DNA from: Thermoanaerobaculia bacterium | Lineage (GTDB): Bacteria; Acidobacteriota; Thermoanaerobaculia; Multivoradales; Multivoraceae | Assembly: GCA_963664405.1 (NCBI GenBank) | Contig: OY761158.1 | Span: 2,528,001-2,592,000, forward strand | DNA: 64,000 bases | Reading direction: 5' to 3' | Shown: positions 42,311 through 52,674 of the stretch, in pieces | How the letters are laid out: each line of letters begins with the position of its first letter | How positions within the stretch are numbered: position 1 is the first letter of the stretch | The notes under the pieces: generated by a model | Told to the model about the DNA's origin: nothing | Database searches by the model: none | Seen by the model: only the letters and a program-made list of their open reading frames with translations | Translations under genes and position numbers: made by a program

Positions 42311-44499
42311 AGATCACACGACGCCAGGTCCTGGTCTCGGGCGCCGCCGTCGGCGGCGGTCTCGTTCTCGGCGCCTTCATGGTCGACGGCGACGTGCGCA
42401 AGCAGGCGCGAAAGATTCACGGCGAGGACGGCGAGTTCTTCCTCCACACCTGGATCCGCGTTGCCAACGACGGCACCGTTACGGTTCTCGTTCCTCACTC
42501 CGAGATGGGCCAGGGCGTGCACACCTCGCTGCCGATGATGCTGGCCGAGGAGATGGACGCCGACTGGGAGAAGGTCAGAATGGAGCAGGCGCCCGCGCAC
42601 CCGACCTTCGCCAATCCCTCCCTGCCCCGCGGCTTCATCTTGCCGGGAGACGTGCCGGGGCTGTTCAACGACATGGTCGATTACGCCACCCTCAAGACGG
42701 CCCAGCTGATGAATCTCCAGCTCACGGGCGGCTCGACGAGCCTGCGCTACACGGGTCGCTACGGCATGCGCCAGGCGGGCGCCGCAGCGCGCTGGATGCT
42801 GGCCAAGGCGGCCTCGAAACGCTGGCAGGTTCCGCAGGCGGAGATCGAGGTAGCGCAGTCGATCCTGAGCCACCCGGCTACGGGCAAGGAGCTCGGCTTC
42901 GGCGATCTCGCCGCAGAGGCTTCGACCCTCGACCCCCCCAACAAGCTCGAGTTGAAGTCGCCCGCGGACTACTCGATCGTCGGCCAATCCAAGCCGCGCT
43001 TCGACATCCCTGACAAGGTGGTGGGCAAACCCGTCTACGGAATCGACGTCGAGCCCGAGGGCCTGCGCTACGCGGCCGTCGCCCACATCCCGGTCTTCGG
43101 CGGCGCGGTTCGTAGCTACGACGCCTCGAAGGCGCTCGCCGAGCCGGGCGTCGAGACGGTGGTGGAGGTCGAGGGCGGCCTCGCCGTCATCGCCGACAAG
43201 TACTGGACCGCTCAAAAGGCGTTGCGTGCTCTCGAGATCGATTGGGACGACGCCGGCAACGGCGAGGTGTCTTCAGAGGACATTCTGCGCCGACAGGTCG
43301 CCGACATCGAAGGCGGAGAGCTCGACGTCGATCGGGAGGAGGGTGACGCCGAAGGCGCCCTCGCGGCCGCTGCGAACCGCGTCGAGGCCACCTACAGCGT
43401 TCCCTATCTCGCCCACGCTGCCATGGAGCCCCTCAACTGCACGGCGTGGGTACGACCCGACGGCTGCGACGTCTGGGCGGGCGTTCAGAATCTCCTCGCC
43501 GCCAGGGCACAGGCGGCGGACGTCACCGGCCTCGATCCCGACACCATCAACGTCCATCCGGTGATGCTCGGCGGTGGCTTCGGACGTCGCGGCATGTTCT
43601 CGCTCGACTACATCCGGCAAGGAGTCGACATCGCACGGCAGGTGCCCTACCCGGTAAAGATGATCTGGTCGCGCGAGGACGACATGCGCCACGACGCCTA
43701 CCGCCCGGCCATCACCGCGCGCCTGACCGCGGCGCTCGACGACAGCGGCTCACCCAGCGCCTGGCTCAACGACCACATCGGCAAGAACGAGCCTTCCGAG
43801 GCGGCGCACATCCCCTACGCGATCGCCAACACCCGCATTCGCTACGGCGAAGACCAGACCCACGTTCCCTTCGGCACCTGGCGCAGCGTCGCCCACTCAC
43901 AGCACGCTTTCTTCACCGAATCTTTCTTCGACGAGGTGGCAACCGCCGGCGGCAGGGATCCCTACGAGCTGCGCCGCGAGCTTCTCGCCGACCGCCCCGA
44001 CATGGTCGCCGTCCTCGACGCCGCCGCCAACAGCGCCGGCTGGGGATCGCCCCTGCCCGAGGGTCGAGGCCGGGGGATCGCTATCGTAGAGAGCTTCGGC
44101 TCGATCGTCGCCGAGGTCGCGGAGGTCACCGTCGACCCCGAGAGCGGTGTGAAGGTAGACCGCATCGTCTGCGCCGCCGACACCGGCGAGGTCATCCACC
44201 CCGACGGCCTCGCGGCCCAGCTCGAGAGCGGCATCATCTTCGCCCTGTCCGCCACACTCTACGGCGAGATCACGATCAAGAACGGTCGTGTCGTCGAGCG
44301 CAACTTCCCCGACTATCCGATGATGAAGATGGCCGACACTCCGGTGATCGAGACGGTCCTGGTGCCGAGCGGGCGACCGATCGGTGGCGCCGGCGAAGTG
44401 GCAACGCCGCCCGTGGCGCCGGCCGTGGCCAACGCCCTCTTCGCCGCGACGGGCCGGCGTGTGCGGGAGCTGCCGCTGCGAAAAGCCGGGCTGGCGTGA
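42307..44499 (+). CDS. Molybdopterin-binding subunit, isoquinoline 1-oxidoreductase beta-like, Tat-type N-terminus
   Basis: [26 protein letters not shown] and [10 protein letters not shown]; ATGA overlap with the small subunit. Confidence 0.92.
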   Translation: MKITRRQVLVSGAAVGGGLVLGAFMVDGDVRKQARKIHGEDGEFFLHTWIRVANDGTVTVLVPHSEMGQGVHTSLPMMLAEEMDADWEKVRMEQAPAHPTFANPSLPRGFILPGDVPGLFNDMVDYATLKTAQLMNLQLTGGSTSLRYTGRYGMRQAGAAARWMLAKAASKRWQVPQAEIEVAQSILSHPATGKELGFGDLAAEASTLDPPNKLELKSPADYSIVGQSKPRFDIPDKVVGKPVYGIDVEPEGLRYAAVAHIPVFGGAVRSYDASKALAEPGVETVVEVEGGLAVIADKYWTAQKALRALEIDWDDAGNGEVSSEDILRRQVADIEGGELDVDREEGDAEGALAAAANRVEATYSVPYLAHAAMEPLNCTAWVRPDGCDVWAGVQNLLAARAQAADVTGLDPDTINVHPVMLGGGFGRRGMFSLDYIRQGVDIARQVPYPVKMIWSREDDMRHDAYRPAITARLTAALDDSGSPSAWLNDHIGKNEPSEAAHIPYAIANTRIRYGEDQTHVPFGTWRSVAHSQHAFFTESFFDEVATAGGRDPYELRRELLADRPDMVAVLDAAANSAGWGSPLPEGRGRGIAIVESFGSIVAEVAEVTVDPESGVKVDRIVCAADTGEVIHPDGLAAQLESGIIFALSATLYGEITIKNGRVVERNFPDYPMMKMADTPVIETVLVPSGRPIGGAGEVATPPVAPAVANALFAATGRRVRELPLRKAGLA

Positions 44500-44517
44500 C
44501 CCCTGGGTCGGCGCGCC

Positions 44518-46325
44518 TTATCGCGGTATCAGCCAGATCGGAGACGAGAAGGCGCGCTCCTGAATGGTTGCTGCAAGACCTGGTCGAAGGGGCGTACCCG
44601 CACGCATTGCATCCCACGTGGACCAGCGGCAGGTTGGATTCTCCAACGCACGAAGGTAGTAGAAGGCACGTTGATCGCGGTCGAATTCGGGATCGGTCCA
44701 AAGTGTCTGGAGGTGCGCCGCGCCCTTGGCGCTCACGCTGCAGTCGCTGAGATCCACGCGAGCTCCGTTGTCGGGACAACGGTGGTCTCGCGGTCGACCT
44801 CGAGATCGTCCGAGCAGGCGACATCGTAGACACGCTCCTGCGGCTCTCCGTCCTCGATCCAGCCCTTGATCACCTGCACACGCTGGAGCCTGGCGGACTC
44901 AGGGTCCTGGGTCGCCCAGACGAGAAATCGTGGCGCGCCGCTGCGCCGCCCAGCGAGGTCGCCGCCCATCGGCACGCCGTGCTCGTAGGCATTTGCGATG
45001 AGATCGTCGTCCTCGAGCGCATCGTCGTCGAAGTCGTAGCTGCCGAAAAAGCGGACGCGCATTCGCGGCCCAGTGGTGGCGAAGGTCTCTTTGCGGCGGA
45101 ACGCATCGTAGATCGATTCGCGCGTGTTCTCCTCGGCCCACACCCCCGCCAAGCCCGAAGCGCCCCAGGTCGGCATCCTGATACTCATTCCTGTGCGTTC
45201 CGGAGCGTCCTCCCAGGTCGCGGCACCCTCCGGGAGCACCGACCCGCGCCGCTCCGGCGTCCCATCTATGACCCCGCCCTTGCTGAAGAAGGACGACTCT
45301 TGGTACGAGGCGCCCGCATTATGGGTGTCACTGGAGCCGATCAGCCCGAACCGGTAGGGGTTGAAGCCCTCGCTCTCCTCGAGCTCGAGACCGGTGAGGT
45401 AGGCGTCGCGTACATAGCTGCCACGGATCTTCTCGAGCTTCGACGCGGCCGGGCGGAGGAGCTCGATCTCGAAGTCAGCCCACTCGTCGTTGGGGGAGAG
45501 CAGCGGGTGTGTCTCTGAGGTGCCCTTTACCTGCGTGACCTCGACCAGTGGCTCATTGCGCATCCGCAGCTGGGCGTACGCGGCGTCGAAGGGAGCGCCC
45601 GACCGCTGCTGGCGCGCGAACCTGCGGCCGAGGCTCTCGTTCGAGTTGTGGGGGATCGCCAGCGCTTCGATGCCATCTTCGCGTAAGCCATCGAGCCAAT
45701 CCCAGAGATCCTCGGGGTTCGGCGAGTCCACTCGAGAGAAGGGCAGCTCGGGCGCATTCGCGCCCCGGAAGATGACGTTGCGGTGTTGATTTCCCCCGCC
45801 GGGGGACGACGTCGTGTACTCATAGCCGACGAAGGTCGTGAACTTGCCTGGCTCGTAGTGGCGCTGCGCCGAGGCGATGGTCTCCCGCCAGGCAGAACGT
45901 GAGGCCGCTGGGTCGGGGGGATGGTCGCGGAGAAAGCGGCCGCCGGTCGTGAAGGCCACCATTCTCTCGCCGACGGTTTTTGCATCGAGAAAGCGACGGG
46001 CTTCGGGATCTTTCGCCAGAGGATGATCAGGGTCCGACATCGAAGCCCACCCGGCCAGATAGGCGCCGTGGTCGGTGACGGCGTAGAAATCGAGCGGGCG
46101 ATCGAGCTGGATGTCGAAGCCGACTGGATGTTTGATCACCTCGCCGCGGGCATAGCGGTAGGCGTCGTCGGGTGACGCGCGGGTGCCCAAGCTGTACGCG
46201 TCATTCGAAAAGCGCGTATGGATGTGCAGATCGCCGAAGTAGGCGTTTCGCTCCGCACGCGCGTGGCCATAGATGGCACACAATCCACAGACCGTCAGCG
46301 CGACGGTGCGATGGACTTTTCTCAT
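44518..46325 (-). CDS. DUF3604 domain protein; frameshift near 44780
   Basis: YFGDLHIHT, QHRNVIF, IPHN and SSDTH; C-terminus (ENPTCRWSTWD..ERAFSSPIW) lies in ORF 44518..44757; TGATG overlap with the upstream gene. Confidence 0.85.
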
Positions 46326-46975
46326 CAAGGCGTGAGCTCCTCGAGAGCCTCTTCGAGACGCTTGTCCCCATCTGGGCCTGTGAAGCGCCAAACTACGTTG
46401 CCGTCGCGGTCGACCAGCATCATGGTGGGCACCGCGTGTACTTTGAGCGCCGACCAGGCTGACGACTCCTGGTCGTCGAGGAAGATCGGGTAGCGAATGT
46501 CTCGAGTCGTGACAACCTTGCGCACTCTGTCGAGCGCGCCCTCGCCTTCATCGATCGAGAGACCGACGATGCGTAGCCCCTCGCCGCCCTCCTCATAGCG
46601 CTTTTGTAGCTGACGCATGGTCTTCTTGCAGGGCTGGCACCAGGTTGCCCAGAAGTCGAGGATCGTGAGCTCCCCGCCTCCGATGGGAAGAGGCACCACA
46701 TCACCCTCCAAGCTGCGCAGCGCAAGGGCGGGGGTTGCGAAGGGCAGCTCCATCGGCACCCACCAGTCAGGGCTGGCGTCGAACTCGCTCTTGCACTCGT
46801 CCGAACAGAAGTAGTAGTGCTTGCCTTCGTGGGTGCTCATGCCGGCTACTTCTTCGGCTTCAGGCTCGGTGCCGTGGGCGGACTGAGCCGCACACACCCT
46901 GCACACGGCCCTCTCGGGATGCTCAATCGCGTCCTGGCCCGAAGCGACGGCGGCCACGAGAAGACCCGCGATCAG
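46325..46975 (-). CDS. YHS/TRASH domain plus TlpA-family thioredoxin, probably exported; start codon uncertain
   Basis: AVCRVC...YYFCSDEC then LDFWATWCQPC and VPTMMLVD; no nearby in-frame ATG (CTG 46975 or TTG 47038 possible). Confidence 0.82.
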   Translation of the reverse strand: MIAGLLVAAVASGQDAIEHPERAVCRVCAAQSAHGTEPEAEEVAGMSTHEGKHYYFCSDECKSEFDASPDWWVPMELPFATPALALRSLEGDVVPLPIGGGELTILDFWATWCQPCKKTMRQLQKRYEEGGEGLRIVGLSIDEGEGALDRVRKVVTTRDIRYPIFLDDQESSAWSALKVHAVPTMMLVDRDGNVVWRFTGPDGDKRLEEALEELTP

Positions 46976-47625
46976 AACCCCACTGCGAACGAGATGCCCG
47001 GATACTCCAGGTCGACGGCGAGCAGGCTCACACTCCAACGCTCGTGAAAGTAGTTGAGCATCAAGTGGGGCCTGGACCCGTCGGACATCGGACGCACCGA
47101 GAATCGACCCCCCAGCCCGACCTCCATCCCGAACGGCACGTTGAGCCCGCGATCCCATTCGGAGTAGTTGAGGCTGGCGTAACCAGAGAAACGTGAGGTG
47201 CCGAAGCGTTTCGACACCGTTGCGAAATAGGACTGAGTCCCCTCTGGTGAGCCGATGCGATCTGAGCTGGTTCCAAGAAAGACGGCTGGCCGCCCGTCCG
47301 TTTCGGTGAGGAGAAAGAGGCTGAGGAGAGGGTTGACCTCCTCGACATCCGGATTGAACTCGACCCCGGCCTGCAGACGGCGATGAAAGCGATAAGTCGC
47401 CGTTGTACGCCAGCGGGCCCGGTCGACGTCGATGTCCACCCAGCGCCCAGAGACAGTCCACTTGGTGTGAAGTCCGCTCCCCCGGAGCGGCGCGCCCTCG
47501 CCAGGTCAGCCGCTTCACGATGGCGCTGACGAAGGCCGTGGTGGCTTCGTGGGGGTCGGTTGTGGAGCCTCGGCACCCGGCTCGCTGGCTAGTAGAAAAG
47601 CAGTGAGAACCTGGACTCCGATCAT
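46972..47625 (-). CDS. Putative double-selenocysteine (U-S-G-U) exported beta-barrel-like protein, 217 aa; UGAs at 47517-47515 and 47508-47506
   Basis: AGGA RBS and ATG 47625; MIGVQVLTAFLLA..Pro-rich..S-TGA-S-G-TGA-PGEG continues without other stops into ORF 46972..47439; amphipathic strands ending GISFAVGF. Confidence 0.72.
47474..47490 (-). promoter_or_regulatory. Putative bacterial SECIS hairpin
   Basis: Minus strand CCGCTCC-GGG-GGAGCGG, 15 nt after the second and 24 nt after the first UGA. Confidence 0.65.
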
Positions 47626-48243
47626 GGTTCGGATCCTATCGCTCGAGCCTTGATCCCACCAGAGCGGACAGCTCGCTCGGGTCTCACTCCGGTTTTCGGG
47701 CCAGGAAGGCGTAGCCATTGACCTCGACCGTCTAGCCCTCTCCTCGCCCCCGGCTCCTCCGAAGGTGTCTACCGAGGGGCCGATCTCGATGTCGACAAAT
47801 CCCCTCTCCTCGCGCCAACGAGGACTGGAGGCGAGGTGCAGGGCTACTCGGCAATTCCCCAACGCGAGGTACCACCTGAACGGGTATCGGGAGGTCGAGC
47901 CGGTCTCGCTCATTGCCTTAGGCTGCAAGACTGCCGCAGGACTGCCGATTAGCCCTGCACCTGTGTGTGTGTGCGCCGCTCGAGAGTTTCGATCGGTGGG
48001 TCCAGCGCTCGGGCGCCCCCGGCGAGGGTGTGATGCTCGCGGGAAAGCCCTGGGATGGCTTTCTCGCTAGACTTGCAGCGACTCTCTATCAGCCACAGTG
48101 TGCACTTATCCTAAAACGTGACTTTCTTCTTGCCTGGCAAGAGATGTCGCCCTCCGGTGAGGTGACGGCTCCGCGTACCTAGCCTCGTAGCATTCCCTGT
48201 CTTTAAGTGAGGCACATATGACGGTAAATGGAAGTACCAAATT

Positions 48244-49377
48244 ATGAGAGCACCACTGAATAGGGCCTTGATAGGCCAACCAGGCTCAGCCCTGGCACTG
48301 CAGACGCCAGCCCTGGTGCTGGACCTAGAAGTATTCGAGGCCAACATCAAGACAATGGCAGAACATTGCAGCGACCAAGGGATAACATTGCGCCCCCATG
48401 CCAAAACCCATAAGTGCATTGAAATAGCACAACGGCAGATTGCCGCAGGCGCAGTCGGAATCTGCTGCGCAAAATTGGGTGAGGCTGAAGTTATGGGCCA
48501 TGGTGGTATTGAAAACATTCTGATCACATCGCCAGTGGTTGTTCCCGCCAGTATAGACAGATTGATGGCGCTGAACCTCGCCATTTCAGATCTGATGGTC
48601 GTTGTGGATAATGCTGACAATATTGCTGCGCTCTCGGCAGCAGCACAAGAAGCTGAAAAACCCCTGAAAGTTTTTCTGGATCTCGACCCGGGTCTTCACA
48701 GAACGGGTATCAGACCCGGAGAGTCAGCCGTGAATCTGGCAAAGCTGCTACACCAGGATGCCGGCTTCGAATTCATGGGATTGCAGGACTATGCCGGTCA
48801 GCTGATGCACATCGAGGACTTTGATGAACGTCGTAAGGGTTCGCACGTAGTCATGGAAGAGCTTGATGCCATGCGCAACGCCCTTGACGAAATCGGTATC
48901 GAATGTGGCGCGCTGACAGGTGGTGGTACAGGTACTTTCGATATCGATGCTGAAAAGAGCGTGCTGACAGAGTTACAGGGTGGGTCCTACATATTCATGG
49001 ACCGCGAATATAACGAAGTAGGCCGTGAAGGTGGTTTTCCTTTCAAAACCTCTCTTTTTGTGCAGATGACTGTAATTTCAAACAACACACCTAAGCAGGT
49101 CACGACGGATGCTGGTTTCAAGTGTTTTGCCACAGATGCAGATACGCCATTGCTGACATGGGGCGCACCGGCGGGTGCAAGCTATTTCTTCTATGGTGAC
49201 GAGCAGGGCGGCATCACTTTCGAGAACGAAGAAGATCAGCTTGCATTAGGCAGCTGTGTCAGGGCCGAAACGCCGCATTGTGATCCGACCATTAACCTGT
49301 ATGACTATATTCATGTTACCCAGGGTGACACCCTTGTGGATATCTGGCGAATCGATACCAGGGGCCTGTCCGGGTAA
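48244..49377 (+). CDS. DSD1/D-threonine aldolase-like PLP-dependent enzyme (alanine racemase fold)
   Basis: TPALVLD, RPHAKTHK, TGGGTGT and HCDPTINL; visibly AT-richer than flanks. Confidence 0.9.
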   Translation: MRAPLNRALIGQPGSALALQTPALVLDLEVFEANIKTMAEHCSDQGITLRPHAKTHKCIEIAQRQIAAGAVGICCAKLGEAEVMGHGGIENILITSPVVVPASIDRLMALNLAISDLMVVVDNADNIAALSAAAQEAEKPLKVFLDLDPGLHRTGIRPGESAVNLAKLLHQDAGFEFMGLQDYAGQLMHIEDFDERRKGSHVVMEELDAMRNALDEIGIECGALTGGGTGTFDIDAEKSVLTELQGGSYIFMDREYNEVGREGGFPFKTSLFVQMTVISNNTPKQVTTDAGFKCFATDADTPLLTWGAPAGASYFFYGDEQGGITFENEEDQLALGSCVRAETPHCDPTINLYDYIHVTQGDTLVDIWRIDTRGLSG

Positions 49378-49408
49378 CTCAATGGCTCCTGCTTGCTGTT
49401 GATGAAAT

Positions 49409-49510
49409 CTACTCCACCCGCAATGCCTCCGAAGGCTCGATTCGTAGCAAACGACGAGACGGTCCGACACAGGACAGCAGAGCGACTGCCGACATGACGG
49501 TCGGCTGCAG
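49409..49510 (-). pseudogene. 3' remnant of a MacB/FtsX-type ABC permease
   Basis: VALLSCVGPSRRLLRIEPSEALRVE* matches the typical permease C-terminus; rest of gene absent. Confidence 0.6.
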
Positions 49511-49591
49511 CCCCAACCGGTGCAGAGAGGCGGAGTCACGGTCTCCTACGAGGCCAGCCCCCCTGATAGGGTGCGTCTTAACGAAAGCACG

Positions 49592-50944
49592 ATGTCCGCA
49601 GTTCACAATGACTCCGGCGGAGCAGCGAGCCCGATGTCACGGCGACAGCTGCTGGTATACGGTGCGGCGGTCGCTGGATCGGGATTCGGGTGCGCGTCTG
49701 ACCGGAGCGGTGCGACCGAAGATGCGACGCTCAGCTTCCTGCAGTTTTACTCGCCCGGCGGCGAGGTACCGGCACAAGCCCAATGGTTCGCCGACATGGT
49801 CGACGAATGGAATGCATCGAAGCGCCGCCAGATCGAGCTCGAATACGTGCCGGTCTCGGAGTACGTGAACGGCGTCAAGCTGGCGGTTTCGTTTGCGTCG
49901 GGGCAGGCGCCGGACCTGTTCATCCTTTCACCGGGCGATTTTCTTCGCTACTACAACGGCGGAGCGCTTGCCGATCTCACGCCTTATATCTCGACCGAAG
50001 CGAAAGCGGATTTCCCGGCAAGCGTCGTAGCAAGCCGCATGGTCGACGGGCGGATCTTCGCGGTTCCCATGGAAGTCGAGCCCATGGCCATTTTCTATTC
50101 GATCGAAGCCTTCGAAGAGGCCGGCCTCGATGAACGGGACATTCCAGAGACCTGGGACGAGTTGCTCGAGATTGCCGGAAAGCTGACGAATTCAAAGCGC
50201 TTCGGTGTCTTGTTCGAGACCACACCAGGGTACTACCAGAATTTCACCTGGTATCCGTTCATGTGGCAGGGCGGCGGCGAGATTCAATCTCCGGACGGCA
50301 AAAGTGCATTCGAATCGGAGGCTACGATTCAAGCGCTTCGATTTTGGCAGGATGCTGTCGCGATGGGCGTGGCGCCGAGGCAACCGCTCGGGCGCGGCGG
50401 CGGCGACGTCGTCGCGAATCTGGCAAGCGGCTATTGCGCTATGCAGAATACCGGCGTCTGGGCGGTCGCACAGATGGCAGATGGTGCGCCGGAGTTTCCC
50501 TATGGTGTCTTCAGACTGCCGGTTCCTGAAGGTGGAAGCTATGTCACCGTTGGGGGCGGCTGGGCATTCGTCGCCAACGCTCGGAGCGAAAATCTCGACG
50601 AGGCGGCGAGCTTCATTGCATGGGCCCTGGCGTCGATGACCGACGACTCGGTCGGGCGGATCGCGCAGTGGTGCACTGTCGCCAAGTCGAACATGCCGCC
50701 ACGCCAAAGCGTGGTCGAGGCCGCTCACCGAGCGTATGACGAAGGCAAGTTGGGTGTGTTCTCCCGGGATATCTACCCCGGAACTCGGGGCGAACCGCGC
50801 CTCCCCCCTGCCGCGTACAAGATCGTCTCCGATGCGATTCAGGCCACCCAGCTCGGCGGTGCCGATCCCACCACCGCGGCGGCGGCGGCGGCGCGACAAC
50901 TCGATGCATTCCTCGCCGGTTACTCCGGCGCCCCTATTCTGTGA
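49592..50944 (+). CDS. Sugar ABC transporter substrate-binding protein
   Basis: SRRQLL..C Tat/lipoprotein-like leader; APDLF, IPETWDEL and GGGWAF. Confidence 0.9.
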   Translation: MSAVHNDSGGAASPMSRRQLLVYGAAVAGSGFGCASDRSGATEDATLSFLQFYSPGGEVPAQAQWFADMVDEWNASKRRQIELEYVPVSEYVNGVKLAVSFASGQAPDLFILSPGDFLRYYNGGALADLTPYISTEAKADFPASVVASRMVDGRIFAVPMEVEPMAIFYSIEAFEEAGLDERDIPETWDELLEIAGKLTNSKRFGVLFETTPGYYQNFTWYPFMWQGGGEIQSPDGKSAFESEATIQALRFWQDAVAMGVAPRQPLGRGGGDVVANLASGYCAMQNTGVWAVAQMADGAPEFPYGVFRLPVPEGGSYVTVGGGWAFVANARSENLDEAASFIAWALASMTDDSVGRIAQWCTVAKSNMPPRQSVVEAAHRAYDEGKLGVFSRDIYPGTRGEPRLPPAAYKIVSDAIQATQLGGADPTTAAAAAARQLDAFLAGYSGAPIL

Positions 50945-51837
50945 CTCGCCTATCGGGCAAGCACCGCGAGTGGTTGGCGGGCTATCTGTTCGTGCTTCCC
51001 GACGCGCTGGGGCTTGCACTCTTTATCGCGCTGCCGGCGGCCATGGCCCTGTTCGTCAGCGTCTATTCGTTCGACGCGTTCGGAAGCTTCACCTTTGTCG
51101 GCGCGACTCACTATCGAAGAATGCTCGTCGACCCACTGTTTTGGACCTCGCTCAGGGTGACGGTCACCTTCGCCGTCACGCTCGTCCCGCTTCTCTATGT
51201 GACCGGCCTGGGACTAGCCCTCCTCGTGCAGCGGACCAACCTCTACAACGCCATCATGCGGTCCATGCTGTTCGCGCCACAGATGGTCAGCCTCGTCGTT
51301 ATCGGTCTCGTATGGCAGCTTCTCGTGGTCGACAAGATAGGAATCTTGCCGCAGATGTTGGTCGCGGTCGGTATCGAACCGGTTTCCTTCCTCGGTGATC
51401 CCAGGTTCGCTCTACTGACTGTGACGCTGGTGTGCATCTGGTTTCTCATGGGCTTCTACATGCTCGTATTTCTCGGAGGATTGCACGATATTCCGCAGGA
51501 GTACTACGAGGCCGCGCAACTGGATGGCGCGGGACGGATCGCGAGATTCTGGTACATCACGCTCCCCCTCCTTCGTCCTACGAGCTTCTTCGTGTTGCTG
51601 GTTTCCACGGTCTCGGCCGTTGCCGGTGCCCACGCATTCGACCTGGTATACGTGATGACGAAGGGCGGCCCCGCCAACGCAACGTCGCTCTTGATGATGT
51701 ACATCTATCAGCAGGCATTTCAGTTTGGCGACTTCGGCTATGCCTCTGCGATGTCTGCCGTTCTGGTCGCGATGCTTGCGGTATTGAGCGGATTGTTCTT
51801 TCTTCTCACCCGCGGCGGCAGGTTTCAATATGCGTAG
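50941..51837 (+). CDS. Carbohydrate ABC transporter permease
   Basis: EAAQLDGA loop, ITLPLLRP and TKGGPANAT. Confidence 0.92.
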   Translation: MTRLSGKHREWLAGYLFVLPDALGLALFIALPAAMALFVSVYSFDAFGSFTFVGATHYRRMLVDPLFWTSLRVTVTFAVTLVPLLYVTGLGLALLVQRTNLYNAIMRSMLFAPQMVSLVVIGLVWQLLVVDKIGILPQMLVAVGIEPVSFLGDPRFALLTVTLVCIWFLMGFYMLVFLGGLHDIPQEYYEAAQLDGAGRIARFWYITLPLLRPTSFFVLLVSTVSAVAGAHAFDLVYVMTKGGPANATSLLMMYIYQQAFQFGDFGYASAMSAVLVAMLAVLSGLFFLLTRGGRFQYA

Positions 51838-52654
51838 ACGTGGAGCCGTGAACCCCGTCCAGATCATCTGGATGCTGGTGACGTTGATCCTCGCTCTGAT
51901 GGCGATCTGGCCGCTGCTCTATATGCTCGGGACCGCCTTCAAGCCCGGATCGGAGGTCTTCGAGCCGACCCTGCTCCCCAGCCATGCGACCCTCGAAAAC
52001 TTCGCGTACGTCCTCACCGAGGCTCCGTTCTGGCGGTATCTCCTCAATACTCTGTTCGTCGCTTCAGTGGTCACCGTCGTAGCGCTCTTCTTCCACACCA
52101 TGGCCGGTTATGCCCTTGCCCGACTGCGCTTCCCCGGGCGTGAGGGGATCTTCCTGGCTATGTTCTCGACCTTTCTCATCTCGACGCCCGTCATCATCGT
52201 TCCTCTGTTTATTCTGGTCCGTACCCTGGGAATGTTGAACTCGTATACCGGACTGATCGTGCCCGCCATCTTCCATGCCTTCGGTATTTTTCTTTTGCGG
52301 CAGTACTATCTATCGCTGCCACGGGAGTTGGAGGAAGCGGCGCTGGTCGACGGGGCGGGCTATTGGCGAATCTATTGGAGCGTGGTGTTGCCAATGAGCC
52401 GCCCCATCATTGCGGCCCTGGCGATTCTCTTCTTCCTCGCCAATTGGAACTCGTTTCTCTGGCCGATGACCATCACCGCGGACTCCGATCTGCAGGTGGT
52501 TCAGGTCGCCATCGCGAGCTTTCAATCGCAGTACTCGGCGTCGTGGAACTACATCATGGCGGCGTCGACCATCGTTGCCGCGCCGATGTTGGTGCTCTTC
52601 CTCGTCTTCCAGCGACAGATCATGGCATCGATCAAGACAAGCGGGCTCAAGTAG
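51830..52654 (+). CDS. Carbohydrate ABC transporter permease
   Basis: EEAALVDGAG, WNSFLWP and C-terminal SGLK. Confidence 0.92.
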   Translation: MRRRGAVNPVQIIWMLVTLILALMAIWPLLYMLGTAFKPGSEVFEPTLLPSHATLENFAYVLTEAPFWRYLLNTLFVASVVTVVALFFHTMAGYALARLRFPGREGIFLAMFSTFLISTPVIIVPLFILVRTLGMLNSYTGLIVPAIFHAFGIFLLRQYYLSLPRELEEAALVDGAGYWRIYWSVVLPMSRPIIAALAILFFLANWNSFLWPMTITADSDLQVVQVAIASFQSQYSASWNYIMAASTIVAAPMLVLFLVFQRQIMASIKTSGLK

Positions 52655-52674
52655 TTTCGAACGGGAGACTGAAT

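Noticed and set aside
46850-46974. Readthrough of the barrel gene's terminal TGA as a third Sec
   Set aside because: It follows a typical C-terminal Phe strand, and the continuation is short, overlaps the next gene out of frame and has no motif.
46975-47518. Long N-terminal extension of ORF 46325..47518
   Set aside because: Overlaps the barrel-like gene in another frame and looks non-coding; only the YHS-TlpA part is supported.
47630-48240. Possible ncRNA, riboswitch or tRNA-Sec in the 600-bp intergenic gap
   Set aside because: No recognisable tRNA arms or riboswitch consensus by eye; an Infernal/Rfam scan would be needed.
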